Source: a virus (lineage: Duplodnaviria; Heunggongvirae; Uroviricota; Caudoviricetes). From it: DNA of 64,000 nt. Below, piece by piece: positions 38,512 through 48,374 of this stretch. Position 1 is the stretch's first letter. Each line of letters opens with the position of its first letter. The notes under the pieces were generated by a model. That model had not been told where the DNA came from, searched no databases, and saw only the letters and a list, made by a program, of their open reading frames with translations. The translations under genes were made by a program, and so were the position numbers. The DNA lies in the IMG/VR virus record IMGVR_UViG_3300049596_000323, positions 1 to 64,000 of that record. The stretch is one strand, 5' to 3'.

Positions 38512-39387
38512 ATGAGTAACATTGGAGGCAAAAAAAGAGAATCGCAACAGTTTGACAACAAAGAGTTTGCGAAGAAAGTAGGTTTATTTGAAGCTGAAGT
38601 AGTGACAATTAACCCAACTACAGAAGAGTACAAGGACATTCTAGGAATGGAATTGAAAGAAGACAGTAAAGCAACTGAGTATCTAAGCAAGAACAATGAT
38701 GGTAACACCATTTTGCGTGTAGATGTTTGGTTGGAAGAAGTTAAGAACAAAGACAAGTTCAAGGTGACTTTCTTCTTGGAAAACAAAGAGAAAGAAAACA
38801 AAGATGCTACTAAGAAGCAGTATATCAATGCTGTAGGTATGTGTTCTTGGGCTGATGATGTAAACAATTTACCAACATGGTTCTCAGGTAGAGAATATCG
38901 TGTAGCTTATGTAGGTGAAGAAGATTTATACAACTTCTTACGTACTTGGATGGGTAATCTTGACTTACGTGATGCTGAATCTACATTACAGATTGAGTGG
39001 TCTAAGTTAATGAAAGGTAATGTTAAAGACTTAAAGAGTCAAGTGGGTGGTGAATATGCTACAAATGTAATTGCATTAGCAGCTATCAAAACTGTAGAGA
39101 AAGAAGATGGTCCTAAGGAGTATCAAACTATCTACAACAAAGCATTCTTACCTGCATATGCCTTAAAGAACTTCAGATTACTTGATTATAGTGCATCTGA
39201 TAACTTGAAAGCAATACGTGCCAAGAAATCTAAAGATTTGAAACCTCATGAGCGTTTTGTAATTAACGTTACAGGCGAGTATGGTTGTAAAGACTTTTAT
39301 ACACTAAAAGACTTGAGAGACTATAACTCTGATGATAATCTGGTAGCATCTGACAAGGTGATTGCTGAAGATGATGGTGATTATTAA
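38512..39387 (+). CDS. hypothetical protein (ssDNA-binding partner possible, by position only)
   Basis: 291-aa ORF immediately after the Sak4-like gene. Confidence 0.35.
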   Translation: MSNIGGKKRESQQFDNKEFAKKVGLFEAEVVTINPTTEEYKDILGMELKEDSKATEYLSKNNDGNTILRVDVWLEEVKNKDKFKVTFFLENKEKENKDATKKQYINAVGMCSWADDVNNLPTWFSGREYRVAYVGEEDLYNFLRTWMGNLDLRDAESTLQIEWSKLMKGNVKDLKSQVGGEYATNVIALAAIKTVEKEDGPKEYQTIYNKAFLPAYALKNFRLLDYSASDNLKAIRAKKSKDLKPHERFVINVTGEYGCKDFYTLKDLRDYNSDDNLVASDKVIAEDDGDY

Positions 39388-39403
39388 AATATAAATCCTC
39401 AAC

Positions 39404-39435
39404 AAAAGCCTCACAGAAATGTGGGGCTTTTTTAT
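39404..39435 (+). terminator. rho-independent terminator
   Basis: AAAGCCUCAC-AGAAAU-GUGGGGCUUU hairpin followed by a U run. Confidence 0.6.
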
Positions 39436-39447
39436 TAAACATGTATC

Positions 39448-40452
39448 ATGATTAAAGGAGTGAAGAAGACAAAATTGTCTATAGAAGCGGTGCTCAGCAA
39501 GATATCTGAATATGATATATTTAGATTCTATATGCCAGATCATGATTGGAAACTTAATAGGGTTACATATTCTCCATTTAGGAAAGAGAATAATCCATCA
39601 TTTGTTATTGGTAACAAACTTGGTTATATATCATTTATAGACTTTGCTGATACAAGTTTGAGAGGTGACTGTTTTAACTTTGTACAAAAGCTGTTCATGC
39701 TACCAAATATGATAGACACACTAAAGCTTATAGATAAAGACTTTGGGTTAGGTATCAGTAATGGTAAATCAACAGAAGAGTATAAAAAGATAGTCTCTGA
39801 ATACAAACAGCCTCAGATTGAGAAGAGATACTCTATCATCCAGGTGAGTACCAGAAAGTTCACTAGTAGAGAACTTAAGTATTGGAATCAATATCACATA
39901 GATCTTCAAGACCTTAGAGATAATAATGTATATGCTATAAAGAATGTATTTCTTAATAAGAGCAAGTTTGCACTTAAAGATGAAGAAATGACATTTGGTT
40001 ATCTATATGAAGGACAATATTGGAAGATATATAGGCCATTTGAAGACAAGAAACACAAATGGATTCCTAATAATGTTCCAATCACCGTAATGGACGGTAA
40101 AGAAGATATAGTTAACTGCAGCGTAGCATTTATCAATAAGAGTAAGAAAGACTATATGGTGATGAAGAAGATATTCCCATGTAGCTGTGCTGTACAGAAT
40201 GAGGGCATAGGTTGTTTCTCAGAAGACAATGTAGAATACCTAAAAGCCAATTCTGATAGCCAGATATTAAGTTTTGACAGTGATGTCACAGGTGTAACTA
40301 ACTCACAACAAATTACTAAATTGTTTGATTTTGGTTATGCTAACGTCCCACGTAAGTATTTAGCTGAAGGGATTAAAGATTGGGCAGATCTTGCAAAAGT
40401 CCACGGATTAGAAACAATAGAAAAGTATTTAATTAACAAAAACATTTTATGA
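39448..40452 (+). CDS. DnaG-like primase (TOPRIM) with degenerate zinc-binding motif
   Basis: YSPFRKENNPSFVI resembles DnaG CPFHDEKTPSFSV but the Cys/His ligands are replaced; TOPRIM-like ILSFDSDVTG near the C-terminus. Confidence 0.45.
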   Translation: MIKGVKKTKLSIEAVLSKISEYDIFRFYMPDHDWKLNRVTYSPFRKENNPSFVIGNKLGYISFIDFADTSLRGDCFNFVQKLFMLPNMIDTLKLIDKDFGLGISNGKSTEEYKKIVSEYKQPQIEKRYSIIQVSTRKFTSRELKYWNQYHIDLQDLRDNNVYAIKNVFLNKSKFALKDEEMTFGYLYEGQYWKIYRPFEDKKHKWIPNNVPITVMDGKEDIVNCSVAFINKSKKDYMVMKKIFPCSCAVQNEGIGCFSEDNVEYLKANSDSQILSFDSDVTGVTNSQQITKLFDFGYANVPRKYLAEGIKDWADLAKVHGLETIEKYLINKNIL

Positions 40453-40596
40453 CGATACAAAACTTAAAAGAAATCATTCAAAATAATGTAGAATGGTTAG
40501 AAACCTCTGAAGGAGATGAAGTAGAATGTATAGGAATAGAAAACCTAGAAGGTATATTATCAAAATATTTTAACACAGAAATTAAATTAACACAAG

Positions 40597-41361
40597 ATGG
40601 AAATTTATAACACAACAAAAGAGTTAATTCTCAACACACCAGTTCCTGCACAGACAAGAACATATAAGCCTGTTTCACATGGTCAATTAATAGACCTTAC
40701 ATTAGATGGTATTAGCAAAGCTGGTTTCATTTTAGACAAGCAAACATACTCAGCAGCTGCTAATGGTCAGATTGCTAATGGTAGATTCTCTATCAGTAAT
40801 GTTGCAGATAGTGAGATGCAATTACAAGTTGGTTGGCAGAATAGCTACAACAAGCAACTTACATTAAAGTTTGCTATTGGTACACGTATATTAATTTGTT
40901 CTAATGGTTGTGTGTCTGGTGACTACGGTGCATTCAAGAAGAAGCATGTTGGTGAGATTCAATCTTTCACACCACAGGCTATTGGAGATTATATCAAGAC
41001 AGCTGCAGACTCATTCAAGTTGATGCAAACTCAAAGAGAGAATATGAAGCAGATTGAAATCACTAGACGTATAAAAGCTGAGTTGATTGGTAGAATGATG
41101 ATTGAAGAACAGTTCATCCAGTCTACACAGATGAACATTATTAGCAGAGAGATGACGAATCCTACACATGATTATGGTGCACCTGATAGCTTATGGGAGT
41201 TGTATAACTATACCACCTTTGCTATGAAAGAAGTACATCCTAGTCTTTGGATGGAGAATCATATCCAAGCACATAAGTTCTTTAATGATTATGCATATGA
41301 TGCTACACCAATGGATTATGAGCAAGGAGAAATAATGCTTAATCAATTATCAATATTTTAA
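40597..41361 (+). CDS. hypothetical protein
   Basis: 254-aa ORF. Confidence 0.4.
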   Translation: MEIYNTTKELILNTPVPAQTRTYKPVSHGQLIDLTLDGISKAGFILDKQTYSAAANGQIANGRFSISNVADSEMQLQVGWQNSYNKQLTLKFAIGTRILICSNGCVSGDYGAFKKKHVGEIQSFTPQAIGDYIKTAADSFKLMQTQRENMKQIEITRRIKAELIGRMMIEEQFIQSTQMNIISREMTNPTHDYGAPDSLWELYNYTTFAMKEVHPSLWMENHIQAHKFFNDYAYDATPMDYEQGEIMLNQLSIF

Positions 41362-41362
41362 T

Positions 41363-42082
41363 ATGAATTGGGAAAAATTTAAAGATCAGTTTCATGAGAG
41401 TTGGCACTTAAAGATGAGACCATTTATTGAGAGCGAAGCTTGTGATGAAATCTATAAATTTCTTAAGTCAGAGAGTCAGAGGGGCAAGAAGATTGCTCCT
41501 CTGTCTTCTAATGTCTATAGATGTTTTATGGAGACCCCACTAGATGAGCTTAAGATTGTAATGATGGGTATGGCTCCATATCACACACTTAAACAAGGAA
41601 GTCCTGTAGCAGATGGTTTATTGATGGGCTGTTCCACCACTGGTGTATTACAGCCTTCATTAGAACAGTTCTATGGAGCAATTGAAAGAGAAGTGTATAA
41701 TGGACTATGTGCTTATTGTGACAAGACTAATCCAGATGTAAGCTATCTAGCTCATCAGGGTGTATTAATGTTTAATGCATCTCTCACCACTGAGATTAAC
41801 AAAGCAGGTAGTCATATCAAACTGTGGGAACCGTTCACAAAGTATGTCATAGAGGAGATTTTAAATCCTCAACAAGTTCCTTATATATTCTTAGGCAAAG
41901 ATGCTGCACAGTATGCTAGGTATGCAAATCCATTTGTATGGAGTTTCACAACTACACATCCTGCATCAGCTAGCTATAGGAATACAGAATGGGAATCTGG
42001 AGATGTATTCAGAATGGTTAACAAGGTGATAAAAGACAATAATAATTTTCAAATTGAATGGTTAGACGGTACACCATTTTAA
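41363..42082 (+). CDS. family-1 uracil-DNA glycosylase homologue with substituted catalytic Asp
   Basis: Collinear with E. coli Ung: LKIVMMGMAPYH (GQDPYH), GVLMFNASLTT (LLLNTVLTV), HIKLWEPFTKYVIEEI (HASLGWETFTDKVI), HPASASYR (HPSPLSAHR). Confidence 0.75.
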   Translation: MNWEKFKDQFHESWHLKMRPFIESEACDEIYKFLKSESQRGKKIAPLSSNVYRCFMETPLDELKIVMMGMAPYHTLKQGSPVADGLLMGCSTTGVLQPSLEQFYGAIEREVYNGLCAYCDKTNPDVSYLAHQGVLMFNASLTTEINKAGSHIKLWEPFTKYVIEEILNPQQVPYIFLGKDAAQYARYANPFVWSFTTTHPASASYRNTEWESGDVFRMVNKVIKDNNNFQIEWLDGTPF

Positions 42083-42094
42083 ACAAAAACAATT

Positions 42095-42457
42095 ATGTAT
42101 AAAGTAAAAGTTGGTGGAGATATCCACAAAGGTGATTTAGTTGCCATATCTAATGGTAATGATTTTAGTCTTGGTATTTATTATGGTCAAGGTAGAGGTG
42201 GTACATTTCAGTATTTTACACCATCAGGAGTTGTAAGCTCTAAAATTTGGTGGGAAAAAGCAAACAAAGACTCAGCATATGCTGATCATAATAAACCTTG
42301 GAAACTTACCAGAATCTGGAAGAGTTATGTAAATACACCAAGAGACACAAGAATTCTCAAATTAAATAGAGATAATATTACAGAACAACAAGACATAGAA
42401 AACATTATTGAAGCAAAAGAAATCCTTAAAGAATTTAACATAGAAGTAAACTTTTAA
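42095..42457 (+). CDS. hypothetical protein
   Basis: 120-aa ORF. Confidence 0.4.
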   Translation: MYKVKVGGDIHKGDLVAISNGNDFSLGIYYGQGRGGTFQYFTPSGVVSSKIWWEKANKDSAYADHNKPWKLTRIWKSYVNTPRDTRILKLNRDNITEQQDIENIIEAKEILKEFNIEVNF

Positions 42458-42459
42458 TT

Positions 42460-44820
42460 ATGATCTTAGAAAAACAAACAGAAGCACACATCCTCCAAGA
42501 AGGAGAATCACAGGAAACTGTGAAAATGTCATTAGACTTAGATTCTGCACAAGTATTGATGCAGATGTTAAGTAAGAATCTATATTCAGATTCAATAGGC
42601 TCTACTATCAGAGAATGTGCATCCAATGCACTAGATAGTCACAGAAGAGCTGGGAGTGACAGACCTATTATTGTCTCATTTAAGAGAAACAATCAGGCAG
42701 ATACATATGAATTTGCTGTTGAAGATTTTGGTATTGGTTTAGATGCAGATGATGTAGTTAACATTATCAGCAAATATGGTAAATCAACCAAGCGTAACAG
42801 CAATACAGAGTTAGGTATGATGGGCTTAGGTTTCAAAGCCCCACTAGCTTACAGTTCTAGCTTCTATTTTGTAGCTAGAAAAGATGGTATGGAACGCAAG
42901 TACATGATGTACGAAGGAGAAGAAACAAATAGTATTGATCTTCTGTATGAAAAAGCTACAGAAGAACCAAATGGTGTAAAGGTGATTGTACCTGTGAACT
43001 ATTATGATAGACACAGTTTCACTAGTAAGATTAGAGAGCAATTAGCTTATTTTGAGAATGTGTATTTTGATGTAGATAATAGTATTAGTTATGCTGTTAC
43101 TAATGATTTTACAATTCACAGAGCTGAACATTTCCAATTCTCTAGTATAGCTACTAACAATTACATGCATTTATGTTTGGACAATGTTAGTTATCCAATT
43201 GACTGGGAGAAGCTTGGTATTGAAAGGATTAATATCAAGATAGCTTTACGTTTTAGTCTTAGTGATGGATTGTTCCCTACACCAAATAGAGAAGCTATCA
43301 GATATACACAGGAAGCTAAGCAAGTTATTCTTAATAAGCTAGCTCAGGTGGCAGATGTATTCATGGAGAAGTTCAATGAATCAATTTCTGATAAAGCTAA
43401 TATTGATTCTATCATGAGCTTTTATGGAGAAAGACGTAAATACTTACCAAGCTTTTATAGAAAAGAAGAAGATAGAATTGAGATTGATGAACTTCTTAAG
43501 TATGCAACTATTCCTTTGAAACAACCTAAACTTGAAGGTGTAGATTTGTTAGATCTTAAGAGAATGGCTGAGCAGAACAAGGAGTATATGTTAGCTGAGT
43601 ATCAAATAAAGTTTAGATACCAAGGAAACAGATTCAATAATGCAAAGAATTATTGGGGTGGTAACCTAAGAATTCAAGACATTAGTTCTTACAATGCTGG
43701 TAACATTTATCTATTCTCTGACAGACTTGCTAAGAATAAGCAAGATTACATGAGAAGCTTACTTGGTGATAGCAGCAAATGTCACTTGTTTGTAAAGAAA
43801 GAAAAGCCTTTTCAATTAATGAAGGGTGAATCTATTGATTACAATAAGTATTATCATTCTATTTTAGGTCTTAAGAACTATCCAAAGAGTCAATGGAGAC
43901 AACTCATCACAGAATTCCAGTATGTAATTAGTTTATATTCTAAAGATTTCATTGATGTAGATGCTATTGATATTCCACAAACATGGATAGATACTCAGAA
44001 AGCTAAGAGAATGAAGGTGTTATCTAATCCTGTAACAGTGAATGGTGTTAAGAAGGTTAGAATGAAAGGTGAATTCTCTGGTAAGGTTGCTACCAAAACA
44101 GAGATTACATATTCTGATAGACATTCTAAGTTTGTTCCTACAACATTTAAGTTAGAAGATGTTCATAAAGTTAATAAACTGCATGTGTATGCTAAAGAAG
44201 AGCAAAGAGAGAAGTTAGATAAGCTCTGGTCTTTATTTAACGATCATGCAAACTTTGTTATTGTTGCTCAAGCTACAATAGATAATTTACAGAAAGCAGA
44301 TTTACATAACTGGATAACATTAGAAAAATTTATGGAAGGAAAAAACAGACCATTTAGAACAATGGCTACACAGTTTCTTGTTGAGAGAATGACAAACAAG
44401 TATACTAACACTTTTAAAAGAACTGAGGTTGTTAAGCAAATCTCTACAGATCTTTATGATAAGTTAGAAGTGATAAGACAGTACGATAACAAGTATTCTA
44501 AAAACTATTGTGACAATAAGACTAAAGATATAGTGTTAGAGCTAGCTTTAGAACAAAACTTATTTGACCAGGAAATACTAGTTGTGTACAAGCAGGTAGA
44601 AGAAGTATTTAACAAACTTACATTCTTAAATCCACTAATGGGACAAATTAATTCTTATTATGGTGGAGTTGATAAAGATTTATTAAAAGCTTATGTTGAT
44701 CTATTTAAATATAATAAACACAAGGTGAACCTTGAGCACTACACTATAAAGCTCAATGAAGATGCATCCTTGGAAGAAGTATTAACAGAAGACACAATTG
44801 AAGAATTACAAACAATTTAA
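42460..44820 (+). CDS. Hsp90/HtpG-like GHKL ATPase chaperone
   Basis: N-domain parallels HtpG: NLYSDSIGSTIRECASNALDS (LYSNKEIFLRELISNASDA), VEDFGIGLD (ISDNGVGMT), ISKYGKSTKR (IAKSGTKSF), LGMMGLGFKA (IGQFGVGFYS). The middle domain carries LFPTPNREAIRY, like Hsp90 LPLNISREMLQQ. Confidence 0.75.
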   Translation: MILEKQTEAHILQEGESQETVKMSLDLDSAQVLMQMLSKNLYSDSIGSTIRECASNALDSHRRAGSDRPIIVSFKRNNQADTYEFAVEDFGIGLDADDVVNIISKYGKSTKRNSNTELGMMGLGFKAPLAYSSSFYFVARKDGMERKYMMYEGEETNSIDLLYEKATEEPNGVKVIVPVNYYDRHSFTSKIREQLAYFENVYFDVDNSISYAVTNDFTIHRAEHFQFSSIATNNYMHLCLDNVSYPIDWEKLGIERINIKIALRFSLSDGLFPTPNREAIRYTQEAKQVILNKLAQVADVFMEKFNESISDKANIDSIMSFYGERRKYLPSFYRKEEDRIEIDELLKYATIPLKQPKLEGVDLLDLKRMAEQNKEYMLAEYQIKFRYQGNRFNNAKNYWGGNLRIQDISSYNAGNIYLFSDRLAKNKQDYMRSLLGDSSKCHLFVKKEKPFQLMKGESIDYNKYYHSILGLKNYPKSQWRQLITEFQYVISLYSKDFIDVDAIDIPQTWIDTQKAKRMKVLSNPVTVNGVKKVRMKGEFSGKVATKTEITYSDRHSKFVPTTFKLEDVHKVNKLHVYAKEEQREKLDKLWSLFNDHANFVIVAQATIDNLQKADLHNWITLEKFMEGKNRPFRTMATQFLVERMTNKYTNTFKRTEVVKQISTDLYDKLEVIRQYDNKYSKNYCDNKTKDIVLELALEQNLFDQEILVVYKQVEEVFNKLTFLNPLMGQINSYYGGVDKDLLKAYVDLFKYNKHKVNLEHYTIKLNEDASLEEVLTEDTIEELQTI

Positions 44821-44831
44821 AAAACAAAAAC

Positions 44832-46397
44832 ATGCTAAGTTTAAAATGGTTTAAAAGTGCTATTGAACGCACAATTGAAAAAGTAGTAGAAAACAAAATT
44901 GAACAAGCGTTCAATGAATTGGATAAAGAAGAAGGGGCTCAGGCTCCTTCTTTTAATTCTGCTTTCAATCCCAATGCTAATTGGAATTCAAGCAGTACAT
45001 GGACAGGGCCAACTAGTTACACAAAGCCCTATATAAACATCAAAATGGTTAATGATACATTGACTATTGTATTGAATGATGGCAATATCATTACCAAAAC
45101 TCCAGCTACAGCAGATGATTTTACTGCAGCTAAGCTATGTAAATCAGAAGCATGTTTACTAGATCTTGTTAGTACACAAGAGGTTAAAGACCAAAGAAGA
45201 CAAGCTGAAGCTGAGTATGAGAAAGCTAAAGCTGTTCAGAAAGGTGCTGAGTTCCTAGCTAAGTTTGATGATTTTGAGATGAAACACGGTAGTTTATATC
45301 TTAAGGGTATCAACAGAAGTATCCCACCTTTGATGGTGGAAGAGTTCTTAGAAATCATTGGTAGTTATTCTTATAATGGAATGGCTGATATAGATGAAAT
45401 GAATGCTCTTGTAATAGAAGATGAAGAGTATCAAGCACTTAAGCGTTTCTTCATGTGGTGTTGCTTGAATCCAAGAGCTGAAGTGGCAGATAAGTTATAT
45501 GGCTTCTTGAAGAAGAATAGCTTCAGCATCACTAAACAAGGATTCTTTGTAGCATTACGTAATGTTGTTACACTTCATGGTTCTACTGAGCTTGTGCACT
45601 TTGTAAGTAATGCTTATAATAAGGTGAAAGCTGTATGGAAGAAGAAACCAGATGATTATACTATCTTCTTAAAAGATGGTGAATATAAAATGGTTCATGA
45701 AGATGCTATGTATAAAAAAGAAACATGTACATGTTCTTATTGTGATGGTACAGGAACTATTCCTGAGTGTGATGAATGGGAAGATAGTGAAGAGTGTCCA
45801 GAGTGTAATGGTACAGGCGAATATGAAGATCTTGTTCTTGCAATTGAAGGTGAAAACCTTGGTAACTTAACTGAGCTATATCTTGATTTGCCTAATAGAG
45901 CAGAGAATAGATTCACAGATGCTCATACAAGAACATTTGACATCAGAATTGGTAGACCAGTAAGTATGCCTATGGAAAAGTGCAGATGGAATACTGATGA
46001 CTGTGGTGCTGAAGGTTTACACTTTACATCTGATGAGATTCATTATGTAGGTTGTGGTGACACATCTGTACTTGTACTTATCAATCCAATGAAGGTTGTA
46101 GGTATTGGTGAGAGTAAGGGTAGATGCTATGAGTATTTACCAATTATGACTGTGCCACGTGAAGAAGCAACAGAAATCTTACATGATTTAGATTTTGATA
46201 CATTACAGTTAGATGAGTCTTATGCGATTCGCGAATTGCAAAACTTGGCTGAGAAAGCTAAAGAAGGATTCACTGCAGAAGCTAAGAAGTATGATTTCAA
46301 CTTACCTGCTCTATCTGCTGTAGAAGTGTATACAATTGTTAGGAGTCTTGATGAAATTAAAGAAGAAATTTCAGGAAGAATCGTTACAATTGATTAA
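44832..46397 (+). CDS. protein with DnaJ-type CxxCxGxG zinc-finger pair
   Basis: CSYCDGTG and CPECNGTG repeats within CTCSYCDGTGTIPECDEWEDSEECPECNGTGEY; directly downstream of the Hsp90-like gene. Confidence 0.45.
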   Translation: MLSLKWFKSAIERTIEKVVENKIEQAFNELDKEEGAQAPSFNSAFNPNANWNSSSTWTGPTSYTKPYINIKMVNDTLTIVLNDGNIITKTPATADDFTAAKLCKSEACLLDLVSTQEVKDQRRQAEAEYEKAKAVQKGAEFLAKFDDFEMKHGSLYLKGINRSIPPLMVEEFLEIIGSYSYNGMADIDEMNALVIEDEEYQALKRFFMWCCLNPRAEVADKLYGFLKKNSFSITKQGFFVALRNVVTLHGSTELVHFVSNAYNKVKAVWKKKPDDYTIFLKDGEYKMVHEDAMYKKETCTCSYCDGTGTIPECDEWEDSEECPECNGTGEYEDLVLAIEGENLGNLTELYLDLPNRAENRFTDAHTRTFDIRIGRPVSMPMEKCRWNTDDCGAEGLHFTSDEIHYVGCGDTSVLVLINPMKVVGIGESKGRCYEYLPIMTVPREEATEILHDLDFDTLQLDESYAIRELQNLAEKAKEGFTAEAKKYDFNLPALSAVEVYTIVRSLDEIKEEISGRIVTID

Positions 46398-46402
46398 ATT
46401 TG

Positions 46403-46429
46403 TAGTCCCAGGGAGAAATCCCTGGGCTA
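46403..46429 (+). terminator. terminator-like GNRA hairpin
   Basis: CCCAGGGA-GAAA-UCCCUGGG stem-loop after the gene; the downstream U tract is weak. Confidence 0.35.
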
Positions 46430-46442
46430 TTAAATATAATAT

Positions 46443-46859
46443 ATGATAAAGAAAAAAGCAAACAAAAGAAAGCCTGCTGCTCCTAGAAAACCAAGAGTTC
46501 CTAAAACTAGGAATGCTGGTACTATGACAGAGTCAGGGTTCTGGAGTTTCATTAGAAGTGGATTGAGACAGAAATCTAGATGGTGGAAACCTATTAGTGA
46601 ATGTAAATTAAAAGCTCGTAGAGCTTACAAAGGTCCTAGTAAAAGACAAAAGTTTGAATACAAATGTGCTTGTTGTGGAGATTGGTTCCCAGAGAAACTG
46701 GTAAATGTAGATCATATCACCCCTGCAGGTTCATTAAACTGTGCTCAAGACTTACCAGGATTTGTAGAAAGATTGTTCTGTGAACAAGAAAACTTACAAG
46801 TGCTATGTGAAGCATGCCATAACATTAAAACAAAAAAAGATAAAGATGAAAGAGATTAA
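46443..46859 (+). CDS. HNH endonuclease
   Basis: CACCGDWF...VDHITPAG...CEACHNIKT: Cys pairs plus the HNH His/Asn pattern; very basic N-terminus. Confidence 0.65.
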   Translation: MIKKKANKRKPAAPRKPRVPKTRNAGTMTESGFWSFIRSGLRQKSRWWKPISECKLKARRAYKGPSKRQKFEYKCACCGDWFPEKLVNVDHITPAGSLNCAQDLPGFVERLFCEQENLQVLCEACHNIKTKKDKDERD

Positions 46860-47094
46860 AGTAAAATCAGACTTTGGAGGAAGAGTTCACCTACGTGACT
46901 TTGAAGTACAGAAGTCTATTGATGATAACGAATCAGTCAAAATTAAATATGGAATTGACTTTATGGTGTTGACACCAGATGAGTTAGTTAGTAAACGTAC
47001 TTATACATCAAAAGATAAGTATAAAAGTAAAATAGGGGGGCCAGATTATTTCTTATATGGATATAAGTGGGAACCTGAAGAAATAGATTATTAA
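46847..47094 (+). CDS. hypothetical protein
   Basis: Internal Met (MKEIKVKSDFGG) used; the longest ORF starts at 46780, inside the HNH gene. Confidence 0.35.
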
Positions 47095-47095
47095 T

Positions 47096-47338
47096 ATGGA
47101 AAATGCAATAACTGTAAGCATCAACAAAAAACCTTCTTTCACTGAAATATGGCATGAAGGATCTGTTGAATTTAATGACAAAACATACATGTTCTGGCTT
47201 ATCAATCCAAGAGGGTTTGATGAAAATGGACGTGAGTATGAAATGGAAGTGAGATGGTGGTTTAAACAAGTACCCATGGAGATTAGAAGAATGAGTGAAA
47301 CAATTATTAATGATTTTAAACAAAACAAACATGATTAG
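47096..47338 (+). CDS. hypothetical protein
   Basis: 80-aa ORF. Confidence 0.35.
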   Translation: MENAITVSINKKPSFTEIWHEGSVEFNDKTYMFWLINPRGFDENGREYEMEVRWWFKQVPMEIRRMSETIINDFKQNKHD

Positions 47339-48374
47339 CGGACAAACAAAAACAGAAGCTCAGTACAGAGCAGTTAAGATGGACAGTAGTTCAAGCTTAA
47401 AAGAATTCTCAACAAATCGTAAGAAGTATCACAAAAAGTACATTCTTAATGAACACGTTGAAGATGAAGACAGTAAAGCTGCCGTTACAGGTAGAGTGGT
47501 TGAAACATTGTTGTTAGAACCAGAAGAGTTTGACAACCGTTTCCACATGTCAGTTGTTAGCAGTGCACCAACAGCAATGATGTTAGATTTCGTAGAAGCA
47601 TTGTGTAAGCATACACTTGCAGCTACAAATGAAGACGGTGTAGTAACTAGAGCGTTTGAAGAATTAACTAGAGATGCACATGTTGATTCAGGATTCAAGA
47701 TCAAATTAGATGCTGTACTTGGTAAGTTCTTAGGAACTGATGCTGAGGTGTATTTCAAAGAGATGGTTGAAGTGAGACGTAGAGGATTAACTGTTGTTAC
47801 AATGCAGGAAGTAGATAATGCTACTAAGATTGTAGAAGAGTTAAAGACTAATGATTTCATAGCATCTATTGTAAACTTAGTTAATAGTGCTAGATATTCT
47901 GTATATAACCAATTACAAGTTGAGGGATATGAAGTGTTTGGTCATTTCTTTAAGTCTATGATGGACAAAATGATTGTAGATCATGAAGCAAAGACAGTTC
48001 AGGTGTATGATTTGAAATGTACTTGGTCTGTAGAGAACTTCTATGATGAGTATTACTTGTACAGAAGAGCCTACCTCCAAGGATTTCTATATCATAAAGC
48101 TGCAGAGTTTTGGGCTAGTGAAATGGGCTATGGAGATTACAAAATACTTTATCCTAAGTTTATTGTTTGTGACAGTACAAATTATAGCTCTCCATTAATT
48201 TATAAAATGTCTGATATAAATATGGTGGATGCTCGTGCTGGATTTGAGCACAAAGGAAGAGAGTATCCAGGTGTTGCTTCTTTAATAGAAGACCTTCAAT
48301 GGGCTATTGAGAATGATAAATGGAATATTTCTAGAGAAAACTATTTAAATAATGGTGTAGTAAAATTAGGTTAA
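47331..48374 (+). CDS. PD-(D/E)xK-type nuclease candidate
   Basis: MMDKMIVDHEAKTVQVYDLKCTW fits the D...(D/E)xK arrangement; start set at the third Met to limit overlap. Confidence 0.35.
   Translation: MISGQTKTEAQYRAVKMDSSSSLKEFSTNRKKYHKKYILNEHVEDEDSKAAVTGRVVETLLLEPEEFDNRFHMSVVSSAPTAMMLDFVEALCKHTLAATNEDGVVTRAFEELTRDAHVDSGFKIKLDAVLGKFLGTDAEVYFKEMVEVRRRGLTVVTMQEVDNATKIVEELKTNDFIASIVNLVNSARYSVYNQLQVEGYEVFGHFFKSMMDKMIVDHEAKTVQVYDLKCTWSVENFYDEYYLYRRAYLQGFLYHKAAEFWASEMGYGDYKILYPKFIVCDSTNYSSPLIYKMSDINMVDARAGFEHKGREYPGVASLIEDLQWAIENDKWNISRENYLNNGVVKLG

Noticed and set aside
42460-44820. Type II topoisomerase or MutL identity for the GHKL ATPase
   Set aside because: There is no TOPRIM or GyrA-like region. 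The Hsp90-specific motifs LYSxxxxxxRE, GTK and NxxRE fit much better.
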